Below the pieces are notes generated by a model. It saw only the letters and a list, made by a program, of their open reading frames with translations. It was not told the origin of the DNA and searched no databases. A program made the position numbers and the translations under genes. A stretch of DNA of 64,000 nucleotides, taken from the NCBI GenBank assembly GCA_964016885.1, contig OZ024753.1, forward strand, positions 24,366,001-24,430,000, read 5' to 3'. This document shows, piece by piece, positions 29,844-45,390 of this stretch; position 1 is the first letter of the stretch; each line of letters starts with the position of its first letter. The DNA is from Eledone cirrhosa. Its lineage: Eukaryota.

Positions 29844-32800
29844 GTATTTAACAGTTAGAGGTCTAACACTGTATGTAACAGACAGAAGACTAACACTGTA
29901 TGTAACAGACAGAAGACTAACACTGTATGTAACAGACAGCGAACTAACACCGTATGTAACAGACAGCGGACTAACACTGTATGTAACAGACAGAGGATTA
30001 ACACTGTATGTAACAGACAGAGGACTAACACTGTATGTAACAGACAGAGGACTAAAACTGTATGTAACAGACAAAGGATTACCACTGTATGTAACAAACA
30101 GAGGACTAACACTGTGTGCAACAGACAGAGGAGTAACACTGTATGTAACAGACAGAGGATAAACACTGTATGTAACAGACAGAGGCCTAACATCGTATTC
30201 AACAGACAGAGGACTAACACTGTATGTAACAGACAGAGGACTAACACTGTATGTAACAGACAGAGGACTAACACTGTATGTAACAGACAGAGGACTAACA
30301 CTGTATGTAATAGACAGAGGAGTAAAACTGTATGTAACAGACAGAGGATAAACACCGTATGTAACAGACAGAGGGCTAACATTGTATGTAACAGACAGTG
30401 GACTAACACTGTATGCAACAGACAGAGGATTAATACTGTATGTAACAGACAGAGGACTAAAACTGTATGTAACAGACAGAGGACTAACACTGTATGTAAC
30501 AGACAGAGGACTAACACTGTATGTAACAAACAGAGGACTAACACTGTATGTAACAGACACAGGGTTAACACTGTATGTAACAGACAGAGGACTGACACTG
30601 TATGTAACAGACAGAGGACTAACACTGTATGTAACAGACAGAGGACTGACACTCTATGCCACAGACAGAGGACTAACAGTGTATGTAACAGACAGAGGAC
30701 TAACACTGTATGTAACAGACAGAGGACTCATACTGTATGTAACAGACAGAGGGTTAACACTGTATGTAACAGACAGAGGACTAACCCTGTATGTAACAGA
30801 CAGAGGACTAACTGTGTATGTAACAGGCAGAGGACTAAAACTGTATGTAACAGACAAAGGATTACCACTGTATGTAACAAACAGAGGACTAATACTGTGT
30901 GCAACAGACAGAGGAGTAACACTGTATGTAACAGACAGAGGATAAACACTGTATGTAATAGACAGAGGAGTAAAACTGTATGTAACAGACAGAGGACTAA
31001 CACTGTATGTAACAGACAGAGGACTAACACTGAATGTAACAGACAGCGGAATAACAATGTATGTAACAGACAGAGGACTAACACTGTATCTAACAGACAG
31101 AGGACTAACTGTGTATGTAACAGGCAGAGGACTAACACTGCATGTAACAGACAGAGGACTGACACTGTATGTAACAGACAGAGGACTAACACTGTATGTA
31201 ACAGACAGAGGACTAACACTGTATGTAACAGACAGAGGGTTAACACTGTATGTAACAGACAGAGGGTTAACTCTGTATGTAACAGACAGAGGACTAACAC
31301 GGCATGTAACAGACAGAGGACTAACACTGTATGTAACAGACAGAGGGTTAACTCTGTATGTAACAGACAGAGGACTAACACGGCATGTAACAGACAGAGG
31401 ACTAACACTGTATGTAACAGACAGAGGACTAACACTGTATGCAACAGACAGAGGACGAACACTGTATGTAACAGACAGAGGACTAACATTGTATGTAACA
31501 GACAGAGGGCTAACACTGTATGTAACAGACAGAGGGTTAACACTGTATGTATCAGGCAGAGGACTAACACTGTATGTAACAGACAGAGCAATGACACTGT
31601 ATGTCACGGACAGAGGACTAACAGTGTATGTAACAGACAGAGGACTAACACTGTATGTAACAGACAGCGGACTCATACTGTATGTAACAGACAGAGGGTT
31701 AACACTGTATGTAACAGACAGAGGACTAACCCTGTATGTAACAGACAGAGGACTAACTGTGTATGTAACAGACAGAGGACTAACACTGTATGTAACAGAC
31801 AGAGGACTAACACTGTATGTAACAGACAGAGGACTGACACTGTATGTAACAGACAGAGGACTAACACTGTATGTAACAGACAGAGGACTAACACTGTATG
31901 TAACAGACAGCGGACTAACACTGTATGTAACAGACAGAGGACTAACACTGTATCTAACAGACAGAGGACTAACTGTGTATGTAACAGGCAGAGGACTAAC
32001 ACTGTATGTAACAGACAGAGGACTGACACTGTATGTAACAGACAGTGGACTAACACTGCATGTAACAGACAGAGGACTAACACTGTATGTAACAGACAGA
32101 GGACCAACATTGTATGTAACAGACAGAGGACTAACACTGTATGTAACTGACAGAGGGTTAACTCTGTATGTAACAGAGTACTAACACTGTATGTAACAGA
32201 CAGAGGTCTAACACTGTATGTAACAGACAGAGGACTGACAATGTATGTAACAGACAGAGGACTAACACTGTATGTAACAGACAGAAGACTAACACTGTAT
32301 GTAACAGACAGAAGACTAACACTGTATGTAACAGACAGCGGACTAACACCGTATGTAACATACAGCGGACTAACACTGTATGTAACAGACAGAGGGCTAA
32401 AACTGTATGTAACAAACAGCGGACTAACACTCTATATAACAGACAGAGGACTAAAACTGTATTTAACAGACACAGGACTGACACTGTATGTTATAGACAG
32501 AGGACTAACACTGTATGTAACAGACAGAGGACTAACACTATATGTAACAAACAGAGGACTGACACTGTATGTAACAGACAGAGGACTAACACTGTATGTC
32601 ACAGACAGAGGGTTAATACTGTATGTAACAGACCCAGGACTAACCCTGTATGTAACAGAGAGAGGACTAACTGTGTATGTAACAGACAGAGGACTAACAC
32701 TGTATGTAACAGACAGAGGACTGACACTGTATGTAACAGACAGAGGACTAACACTGTATGTAACAGACAGAGGACTAACACTGTATGTAACAGACAGCGG

Positions 32801-33720
32801 ACTAACACTGTATGTAACAGACAGAGGACTAACACTGTATGTAACAGACAGAGGACTAACACTGTATGCAATAGACAGAGGACGAACACTGTATGCAACA
32901 GATAGAGGACTAATATTGTATGTAACAGACAGAGGACTGACACTGTATGTCACAGACAGAGGACTAACAGTGTATGTAACAGGGAGAGGACTAACATTGT
33001 ATGTAACAGACAGAGAACTCATACTGTATGTAACAGACAGAGGGTTAACACTGTATGTAACAGACAGAGGACTAACCCTGTATGTAACAGACAGAGGACT
33101 AACTGTGTATGTAACAGACAGAGGAATAACACTGTATGTAACAGACAGAGGACTAACACTGTATGTAACAGACAGAGGACTAACACTGTATGTAACAGAC
33201 AGAGGACTAACACTGTATGTAACGGACAGAGGACGAACACTGTATGCAACAGACAGAGGACTAACAATGTATGTAACAGACAGAGGACTCATACTGTATA
33301 TAACAGACAGAGGGTTAACACTGTATGTAACAGACAGAGGACTAACCCTGTATGTAACAGACAGAGGACTAACTGTGTATGTAACAGGCAGAGGACTAAC
33401 ACTGTATGTAACAGACAGAGGACTGACACTGTATGTAACAGACAGTGGACTAACACTGCATGTAACAGACAGAGGACTAACGCTGTATGTAACAGACAGA
33501 GGACCAACATTGTATGTAACAGACAGAGGACTAACACTGTATGTAACCGACGGAGGGTTAACTCTGTATGTAACAGAGTACTAACACTGTATGTAACAGA
33601 CAGAGGACTAACACTGTATGTAACAGACAGAGGACTGACAGTGTATGTAACAGACAGAGGACTAACACTGTATGTCACAGACATAAGACTAACACTGTAT
33701 GTAACAGACAGCGGTCTAAT

Positions 33721-33750
33721 AGTGGTAGACCTCTGTCTGTTACATACAGT
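33721..33750 (-). repeat. Inverted monomer, subtype C, copy 3
   Basis: Same 30-mer, offset 3907 from 29814. Confidence 0.96.
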
Positions 33751-35899
33751 GTATTTAACAGTTAGAGGTCTAACACTGTATGTAACAGACAGAAGACTAA
33801 CACTGTATGTAACAGACAGAAGACTAACACTGTATGTAACAGACAGCGAACTAACACCGTATGTAACAGACAGCGGACTAACACTGTATGTAACAGACAG
33901 AGGATTAACACTGTATGTAACAGACAGAGGACTAACACTGTATGTAACAGACAGAGGACTAAAACTGTATGTAACAGACAAAGGATTACCACTGTATGTA
34001 ACAAACAGAGGACTAACACTGTGTGCAACAGACAGAGGAGTAACACTGTATGTAACAGACAGAGGATAAACACTGTATGTAACAGACAGAGGCCTAACAT
34101 CGTATTCAACAGACAGAGGACTAACACTGTATGTAACAGACAGAGGACTAACACTGTATGTAACAGACAGAGGACTAACACTGTATGTAACAGACAGAGG
34201 ACTAACACTGTATGTAATAGACAGAGGAGTAAAACTGTATGTAACAGACAGAGGATAAACACCGTATGTAACAGACAGAGGGCTAACATTGTATGTAACA
34301 GACAGTGGACTAACACTGTATGCAACAGACAGAGGATTAATACTGTATGTAACAGACAGAGGACTAAAACTGTATGTAACAGACAGAGGACTAACACTGT
34401 ATGTAACAGACAGAGGACTAACACTGTATGTAACAAACAGAGGACTAACACTGTATGTAACAGACACAGGGTTAACACTGTATGTAACAGACAGAGGACT
34501 GACACTGTATGTAACAGACAGAGGACTAACACTGTATGTAACAGACAGAGGACTGACACTCTATGCCACAGACAGAGGACTAACAGTGTATGTAACAGAC
34601 AGAGGACTAACACTGTATGTAACAGACAGAGGACTCATACTGTATGTAACAGACAGAGGGTTAACACTGTATGTAACAGACAGAGGACTAACCCTGTATG
34701 TAACAGACAGAGGACTAACTGTGTATGTAACAGGCAGAGGACTAAAACTGTATGTAACAGACAAAGGATTACCACTGTATGTAACAAACAGAGGACTAAT
34801 ACTGTGTGCAACAGACAGAGGAGTAACACTGTATGTAACAGACAGAGGATAAACACTGTATGTAATAGACAGAGGAGTAAAACTGTATGTAACAGACAGA
34901 GGACTAACACTGTATGTAACAGACAGAGGACTAACACTGAATGTAACAGACAGCGGAATAACAATGTATGTAACAGACAGAGGACTAACACTGTATCTAA
35001 CAGACAGAGGACTAACTGTGTATGTAACAGGCAGAGGACTAACACTGCATGTAACAGACAGAGGACTGACACTGTATGTAACAGACAGAGGACTAACACT
35101 GTATGTAACAGACAGAGGACTAACACTGTATGTAACAGACAGAGGGTTAACACTGTATGTAACAGACAGAGGGTTAACTCTGTATGTAACAGACAGAGGA
35201 CTAACACGGCATGTAACAGACAGAGGACTAACACTGTATGTAACAGACAGAGGGTTAACTCTGTATGTAACAGACAGAGGACTAACACGGCATGTAACAG
35301 ACAGAGGACTAACACTGTATGTAACAGACAGAGGACTAACACTGTATGCAACAGACAGAGGACGAACACTGTATGTAACAGACAGAGGACTAACATTGTA
35401 TGTAACAGACAGAGGGCTAACACTGTATGTAACAGACAGAGGGTTAACACTGTATGTATCAGGCAGAGGACTAACACTGTATGTAACAGACAGAGCAATG
35501 ACACTGTATGTCACGGACAGAGGACTAACAGTGTATGTAACAGACAGAGGACTAACACTGTATGTAACAGACAGCGGACTCATACTGTATGTAACAGACA
35601 GAGGGTTAACACTGTATGTAACAGACAGAGGACTAACCCTGTATGTAACAGACAGAGGACTAACTGTGTATGTAACAGACAGAGGACTAACACTGTATGT
35701 AACAGACAGAGGACTAACACTGTATGTAACAGACAGAGGACTGACACTGTATGTAACAGACAGAGGACTAACACTGTATGTAACAGACAGAGGACTAACA
35801 CTGTATGTAACAGACAGCGGACTAACACTGTATGTAACAGACAGAGGACTAACACTGTATCTAACAGACAGAGGACTAACTGTGTATGTAACAGGCAGA

Positions 35900-38800
35900 G
35901 GACTAACACTGTATGTAACAGACAGAGGACTGACACTGTATGTAACAGACAGTGGACTAACACTGCATGTAACAGACAGAGGACTAACACTGTATGTAAC
36001 AGACAGAGGACCAACATTGTATGTAACAGACAGAGGACTAACACTGTATGTAACTGACAGAGGGTTAACTCTGTATGTAACAGAGTACTAACACTGTATG
36101 TAACAGACAGAGGTCTAACACTGTATGTAACAGACAGAGGACTGACAATGTATGTAACAGACAGAGGACTAACACTGTATGTAACAGACAGAAGACTAAC
36201 ACTGTATGTAACAGACAGAAGACTAACACTGTATGTAACAGACAGCGGACTAACACCGTATGTAACATACAGCGGACTAACACTGTATGTAACAGACAGA
36301 GGGCTAAAACTGTATGTAACAAACAGCGGACTAACACTCTATATAACAGACAGAGGACTAAAACTGTATTTAACAGACACAGGACTGACACTGTATGTTA
36401 TAGACAGAGGACTAACACTGTATGTAACAGACAGAGGACTAACACTATATGTAACAAACAGAGGACTGACACTGTATGTAACAGACAGAGGACTAACACT
36501 GTATGTCACAGACAGAGGGTTAATACTGTATGTAACAGACCCAGGACTAACCCTGTATGTAACAGAGAGAGGACTAACTGTGTATGTAACAGACAGAGGA
36601 CTAACACTGTATGTAACAGACAGAGGACTGACACTGTATGTAACAGACAGAGGACTAACACTGTATGTAACAGACAGAGGACTAACACTGTATGTAACAG
36701 ACAGCGGACTAACACTGTATGTAACAGACAGAGGACTAACACTGTATGTAACAGACAGAGGACTAACACTGTATGCAATAGACAGAGGACGAACACTGTA
36801 TGCAACAGATAGAGGACTAATATTGTATGTAACAGACAGAGGACTGACACTGTATGTCACAGACAGAGGACTAACAGTGTATGTAACAGGGAGAGGACTA
36901 ACATTGTATGTAACAGACAGAGAACTCATACTGTATGTAACAGACAGAGGGTTAACACTGTATGTAACAGACAGAGGACTAACCCTGTATGTAACAGACA
37001 GAGGACTAACTGTGTATGTAACAGACAGAGGAATAACACTGTATGTAACAGACAGAGGACTAACACTGTATGTAACAGACAGAGGACTAACACTGTATGT
37101 AACAGACAGAGGACTAACACTGTATGTAACGGACAGAGGACGAACACTGTATGCAACAGACAGAGGACTAACACTGTATGTAACAGACAGAGGGATAACA
37201 CTGTATGTAACAGACAGAGGACTAACACTGTATGTAACAGACAGAGGACTAACACTGTATGTAACAGACAGAGGGCTAACACTGTATGTAACAGACAGAG
37301 GATTAACACTGTATGTAACAGACTGAGGGCTAACACTATGTAACAGGCAGAGGACTAACACAGTATGTAACAGACAGAGGACTAACACTGTATGTAACAT
37401 ACAGAGGACTAACACTGTATGTAACAGACAGAGGGATAACACTGTATGTAACAGACAGAGGACTAACACTGTATGTAACAGACAGAGGACTGACACTGTA
37501 TGTAACAGACAGTGGACTAACACTGCATGTAACAGACAGAGGACTAACACTGTATGTAACAGACAGAGGACCAACATTGTATGTAACAGACAGAGGACTA
37601 ACACTGTATGTAACTGACAGAGGGTTAACTCTGTATGTAACAGAGTACTAACACTGTATGTAACAGACAGAGGTCTAACACTGTATGTAACAGACAGAGG
37701 ACTGACAATGTATGTAACAGACAGAGGACTAACACTGTATGTAACAGACAGAAGACTAACACTGTATGTAACAGACAGAAGACTAACACTGTATGTAACA
37801 GACAGCGGACTAACACCGTATGTAACATACAGCGGACTAACACTGTATGTAACAGACAGAGGGCTAAAACTGTATGTAACAAACAGCGGACTAACACTCT
37901 ATATAACAGACAGAGGACTAAAACTGTATTTAACAGACACAGGACTGACACTGTATGTTACAGACAGAGGACTAACACTGTATGTAACAGACAGAGGACT
38001 AACACTATATGTAACAAACAGAGGACTGACACTGTATGTAACAGACAGAGGACTAACACTGTATGTCACAGACAGAGGGTTAATACTGTATGTAACAGAC
38101 CCAGGACTAACCCTTTATGTAACAGAGAGAGGACTAACTGTGTATGTAACAGACAGAGGACTAACACTGTATGTAACAGACAGAGGACTGACACTGTATG
38201 TAACAGACAGAGGACTAACACTGTATGTAACAGACAGAGGACTAACACTGTATGTAACAGACAGCGGACTAACACTGTATGTAACAGACAGAGGACTAAC
38301 ACTGTATGTAACAGACAGAGGACGAACACTGTATGCAACAGATAGAGGACTAATATTGTATGTAACAGACAGAGGACTGACACTGTATGTCAGAGACAGA
38401 GGACTAACAGTGTATGTAACAGGGAGAGGACTAACATTGTATGTAACAGACAGAGAACTCATACTGTATGTAACAGACAGAGGGTTAACACTGTATGTAA
38501 CAGACAGAGGACTAACCCTGTATGTAACAGACAGAGGACTAACTGTGTATGTAACAGACAGAGGAATAACACTGTATGTAACAGACAGAGGACTAACACT
38601 GTATGTAACAGACAGAGGACTAACACTGTATGTAACAGACAGAGGACTAACACTGTATGTAACGGACAGAGGACGAACACTGTATGCAACAGACAGAGGA
38701 CTAACACTGTATGTAACAGACAGAGGGATAACACTGTATGTAACAGACAGAGGACTAACACTGTATGTAACAGACAGAGGACTAACACTGTATGTAACAG

Positions 38801-39020
38801 ACAGAGGGCTAACACTGTATGTAACAGACAGAGGATTAACACTGTATGTAACAGACTGAGGGCTAACACTATGTAACAGGCAGAGGACTAACACAGTATG
38901 TAACAGACAGAGGACTAACACTGTATGTAACATACAGAGGACTAACACTGTATGTAACAGACAGAGGGATAACACTGTATGTAACAGACAGAGGACTAAC
39001 ACTGTATGTAACAGACAGAG
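35900..39020 (+). repeat. Tandem block duplication, unit ~1.53-1.56 kb, 2 copies
   Basis: 36065..36391/37625..37951 (offset 1560) and 36926..37336/38459..38869 (offset 1533). Shared rare GACCCAGGA and GACTGAGGG variants. Confidence 0.85.
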
Positions 39021-42000
39021 GACTAACACTGTATGTAACAGACAGAGGGCTAACACTGTATGGAACAGACAGAGGACTAACACTGTATGTAACAGACAGA
39101 GGACTGACCCTGTATGTCACAGACAGAGGACTAAAAGTGTATGTAACAGACAGAGGACTAACACTGTATGTAACAGACAGAGGACTCATACTGTATGTAA
39201 CAGACAGAGGGTTAACACTGTATGTAACAGACAGAGGACTAACACTGTATGTAACAGACAGAAGACTAACACTGTATGTAACAGACAGAGGACTCATACT
39301 GTATGTAACAGACAGAGGGTTAACACTGTATGTAACAGACAGAGGACTAACACTGTATGTAACAGACAGAGGACTAAAACTGTATGTAACAGACAAAGGA
39401 TTACCACTGTATGTAACAAACAGAGGACTAATACTGTGTGCAACAGACAGAGGAGTAACACTGTATGTAACAGACAGAGGATAAACACTGTATGTAATAG
39501 ACAGAGGAGTAAAACTGTATGTAACAGACAGAGGATAAACACTGTATGTAACAGACAGAGGACTAACACTGTATGTAACAGACAGTGGACTAACACTGTA
39601 TGCAACAGACAGAGGACTAACACTGTATGTAACAGACAGAGGACTAACACTGTATGTAACAGACAGAGGACTAACACTGTATGTAACAGACAGAGGACTA
39701 ACACTGTATGTAACAGACAAAGGGTTAACACTGTATGTTACAGACAGAGGACTAACACTGTACGTAACAGACAGGGGACTAACACATTATGTAACAGACA
39801 GAGGAGTAACACTGTATGTAACAGACAGAGGACTAACACTGTATGTAACAGACAGAGGACTAAAACTGTATGTAATAGACAGAGGACTAACACTGTATGT
39901 AACAGACAGATGGTTAACACTGTATGCAAAAGACAAAGGATTAACACTGTATGTAACAGACAGAGGACTAACAGTGTATGTAACAGACAGAGGACTAACA
40001 CTGTATGCAATATACAGAGGACGAACACTGTATGCAACAGATAGAGGACTAATATTGTATGTAACAGACAGAGGACTGACACTGTATGTCACAGACAGAG
40101 GACTAACAGTGTATGTAACAGGGAGAGGACTAACATTGTATGTAACAGACAGAGAACTCATACTGTATGTAACAGACAGAGGGTTAACACTGTATGTAAC
40201 AGACAGAGGACTAACCCTGTATGTAACAGCCAGAGGACTAACTGTGTATGTAACAGACAGAGGAATAACACTGTATGTAACAGACAGAGGACTAACACTG
40301 TATGTAACAGACAGAGGACTAACACTGTATGTAACGGACAGAGGACGAACACTGTATGCAACAGACAGAGGACTAACACTGTATGTAACAGACAGAGGGA
40401 TAACACTGTATGTAACAGACAGAGGACTAACACTGTATGTAACAGACAGAGGACTAACACTGTATGTAACAGACAGAGGGCTAACACTGTATGTAACAGA
40501 CAGAGGATTAACACTGTATGTAACAGACTTAGGGCTAACACTATGTAACAGGCAGAGGACTAACACTGTATGTAACAGACAGAGGGATAACACTGTATGT
40601 AACAGACAGAGGACTAACACTGTATGTAACAGACAGAGGACTAACACTGTATGTAACAGACAGAGGGCTAACACTGTATGGAACAGACAGAGGACTAACA
40701 CTGTATGTAACAGACAGAGGACTGACCCTGTATGTCACAGACAGAGGACTAAAAGTGTATGTAACAGACAGAGGACTAACACTGTATGTAACAGACAGAG
40801 GACTCATACTGTATGTAACAGACAGAGGGTTAACACTGTATGTAACAGACAGAGGACTAACACTGTATGTAACAGACAGAGGACTAACACTGTATGTAAC
40901 AGACAGAGGACTAAAACTGTATGTAACAGACAAAGGATTACCACTGTATGTAACAAACAGAGTACTAACACTGTGTGCAACAGACAGAGGAGTAACACTG
41001 TATGTAAGAGACAGAGGATAAACACTGTATGTGACAGACAGAGGCCTAACATTGTATTCAACAGACAGAGGACTAACACTGTATGTTACAGACAGAGGAC
41101 TAACACTGTATGTAACAGACAGAGGACTAACACTGTATGTAACAGACAGAGGACTAACACTGTATGTAATAGACAGAGGAGTAAAACTGTATGTAACAGA
41201 CAGAGGATAAACACTGTATTTAACAGACAGAGGACTAACACTGTATGCAACAGACAGAGGACTAATACTGTATGTAACAGACAGAGGACTAACACTGTAT
41301 GTAACAGACAGAGGACTAACACTGTATGTAACAGAGAGAGGACTAACACTGTATGTAACAGACAGAGGACTAACACTGTATGTAACAGACAGAGGGTTAA
41401 CACTGTATGTAACAGACAGAGGACTAACACTGTACGTAACAGACAGGGGACTAACACATTATGTAACAGACAGAGGAGTAACACTGTATGTAACAGACAG
41501 AGGACTAACACTGTATGTAACAGACAGAGGACTAAAACTGTATGTAATAGACAGAGGACTAACACTGTATGTAACAGACAGATGGTTAACACTGTATGCA
41601 AAAGACAAAGGATTAACACTGTATGTAACAGACAGAGGACTAACAGTGTATGTAACAGACAGAGGACTAACACTGTATGCAATAGACAGAGGACGAACAC
41701 TGTATGCAACAGATAGAGGACTAATATTGTATGTAACAGACAGAGGACTAACACTGTATGTAACAGACAGAGGACTGACACTGTATGTAACAGACAGAGG
41801 ACTAACACTGTATGTAACAGACAGAGGACTGACACTCTATGTCACAGACAGAGGACTAACAGTGTATGTAACAGACAGAGGACTAACACTGTATGTAACA
41901 GACAGAGGACTCATACTGTATATAACAGACAGAGGGTTAACACTGTATGTAACAGACAGAGGACTAACCCTGTATGTAACAGACAGAGGACTAACTGTGT

Positions 42001-42342
42001 ATGTAACAGGCAGAGGACTAACACTGTATGTAACAGACAGAGGACTGACACTGTATGTAACAGACAGTGGACTAACACTGCATGTAACAGACAGAGGACT
42101 AACGCTGTATGTAACAGACAGAGGACCAACATTGTATGTAACAGACAGAGGACTAACACTGTATGTAACTGACGGAGGGTTAACTCTGTATGTAACAGAG
42201 TACTAACACTGTATGTAACAGACAGAGGACTAACACTGTATGTAACAGACAGAGGACTGACAGTGTATGTAACAGACAGAGGACTAACATTGTATGTCAC
42301 AGACAGAAGACTAACACTGTATGTAACAGACGGCGGTCTAAT

Positions 42343-42372
42343 AGTGGTAGACCTCTGTCTGTTACATACAGT
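42343..42372 (-). repeat. Inverted monomer, subtype C, copy 4 (last one seen in the window)
   Basis: Same 30-mer; the upstream flank is GACGGCGGTCTAAT. Confidence 0.95.
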
Positions 42373-44729
42373 GTATTTAACAGTTAGAGGTCTAACACTG
42401 TATGTAACAGACAGAAGACTAACACTGTATGTAACAGACAGAAGACTAACACTGTATGTAACAGACAGCGAACTAACACCGTATGTAACAGACAGCGGAC
42501 TAACACTGTATGTAACAGACAGAGGATTAACACTGTATGTAACAGACAGAGGACTAACACTGTATGTAACAGACAGTGGACTAACACTGTATGCAACAGA
42601 CAGAGGACTAATACTGTATGTAACAGACAGAGGACTAAAACTGTATGTAACAGACAGAGGACTAACACTGTATGTAACAGACAGAGGACTAACACTGTAT
42701 GTAACAGACAGAGGACTAACACTGTATGTAACAGACACAGGGTTAACACTGTATGTAACAGACAGAGGACTAACACTGTACGTAACAGACAGGGGACTAA
42801 CACATTATGTAACAGACAGAGGAGTAACACTGTATGTAACAGACAGAGGACTAACACTGTGTGCAACAGACAGAGGAGTAACACTGTATGTAACAGACAG
42901 AGGATAAACACTGTATGTAACAGACAGAGGCCTAACATCGTATTCAACAGACAGAGGACTAACACTGTATGTAACAGACAGAGGAGTAACACTGTATGTA
43001 ACAGACAGAGGACTAACACTGTATGTAACAGACAGAGGACTAACACTGTATGTAATAGACAGAGGAGTAAAACTGTATGTAACAGACAGAGGATAAACAC
43101 TGTATGTAACAGACAGAGGGCTAACATTGTATGTAACAGACAGTGGACTAACACTGTATGCAACAGACAGAGGACTAATACTGTATGTAACAGACAGAGG
43201 ACTAAAACTGTATGTAACAGACAGAGGACTAACACTGTATGTAACAGACAGAGGACTAACACTGTATGTAACAGACAGAGGACTAACACTGTATGTAACA
43301 GACACAGGGTTAACACTGTATGTAACAGACAGAGGACTAACACTGTACGTAAGAGACAGGGGACTAACACATTATGTAACAGACAGAGGACTAAAACTGT
43401 ATGTAATAGACAGAGGACTAACACCGTATGTAACAGACAGATGGTTAACACTGTATGTAAAAGACAAAGGATTAACACTGTATGTAACAGACAGAGGACT
43501 AACACTGTATGCAATAGACAGAGAACGAACACTGTATGCAACAGATAGAGGACTAATACTGTATGTAACAGACAGAGGACTAACACTGTATGTAACAGAC
43601 AGAGGACTGACACTGTATGTAACAGACAGAGGACTAACACTGTATGTAACAGACAGAGGACTGACACTCTATGTCACAGACAGAGGACTAACAGTGTATG
43701 TAACAGACAGAGGACTAACACTGTATGTAACAGACAGAGGACTCATACTGTATGTAACAGACAGAGGGTTAACACTGTATGTAACAGACAGAGGACTAAC
43801 CCTGTATGTAACAGACAGAGGACTAACTGTGTATGTAACAGGCAGAGGACTAAAACTGTATGTAACAGACAAAGGATTACCACTGTATGTAACAAACAGA
43901 GGACTAATACTGTGTGCAACAGACAGAGGAGTAACACTGTATGTAACAGACAGAGGATAAACACTGTATGTAATAGACAGAGGAGTAAAACTGTATGTAA
44001 CAGACAGAGGACTAACACTGTATGTAACAGACAGAGGACTAACACTGTATGTAACAGACAGCGGAATAACAATGTATGTAACAGACAGAGGACTGACACT
44101 GTATGTAACAGACAGAGGACTAACACTGTATGTAACAGACAGAGGACTAACACTGTATGTAACAGACAGAGGGTTAACACTGTATGTAACAGACAGAGGG
44201 TTAACTCTGTATGTAACAGACAGAGGACTAACACGGCATGTAACAGACAGAGGACTAACACTGTATGTAACAGACAGAGGGTTAACTCTGTATGTAACAG
44301 ACAGAGGACTAACACGGCATGTAGCAGACAGAGGACTAACACTGTATGTAACAGACAGAGGACTACCACTGTATGCAACAGACAGAGGACGAACACTGTA
44401 TGTAACAGACAGAGGACTAACATTGTATGTAACAGACAGAGGGTTAACACTGTATGTATCAGGCAGAGGACTAACACTGTATGTAACAGACAGAGCAATG
44501 ACACTGTATGTCACGGACAGAGGACTAACAGTGTATGTAACAGACAGAGGACTAACACTGTATGTAACAGACAGCGGACTCATACTGTATGTAACAGACA
44601 GAGCGTTAACACTGTATGTAACAGACAGAGGACTAACCATGTATGTAACAGACAGAGGACTAACTGTGTATGTAACAGACAGAGGACTAACACTGTATGT
44701 AACAGACAGAGGACTAACACTGTATGTAA

Positions 44730-45390
44730 CAGACAGAGGACTGACACTGTATGTAACAGACAGAGGACTAACACTGTATGTAACAGACATAGGACTAACA
44801 CTGTATGTAACAGACAGCGGACTAACACTGTATGTAACAGACAGAGGACTAACACTGTATCTAACAGACAGAGGACTAACTGTGTATGTAACAGGCAGAG
44901 GACTAACACTGTATGTAACAGACAGAGGACTGACACTGTATGTAACAGACAGTGGACCAACACTGCATGTAACAGACAGAGGACTAAAACTGTATTTAAC
45001 AGACACAGGACTGACACTGTATGTTACAGACAGAGGACTAACACTGTATGTAACAGACAGAGGACTAACACTATATGTAACAAACAGAGGACTGACACTG
45101 TATGTAACAGACAGAGGACTAACACTGTATGTAACAGACATAGGACTAACACTGTATGTAACAGACAGCGGACTAACACTGTATGTAACAGACAGAGGAC
45201 TAACACTGTATCTAACAGACAGAGGACTAACTGTGTATGTAACAGGCAGAGGACTAACACTGTATGTAACAGACAGAGGACTGACACTGTATGTAACAGA
45301 CAGTGGACCAACACTGCATGTAACAGACAGAGGACTAAAACTGTATTTAACAGACACAGGACTGACACTGTATGTTACAGACAGAGGACT
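44730..45390 (+). repeat. Local 351-bp (13-monomer) tandem duplication, also present at ~52875-53535
   Basis: The GACATAGG ... GTATCTAAC ... GTGGACCAAC ... GTATTTAACAGACACAGG series occurs twice; ORF coordinates 45017/45368 differ by 351. Confidence 0.88.

Larger units (their letters stand above)
29350..37165 (+). repeat. Tandem block duplication, unit 3907 bp (145 monomers minus 2x4 nt), 2 apparently identical copies
   Basis: Constant offset 3907 for 29382/33289, 30114/34021, 31057/34964 and 32241/36148, and for the inversions 29814/33721. Confidence 0.93.
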
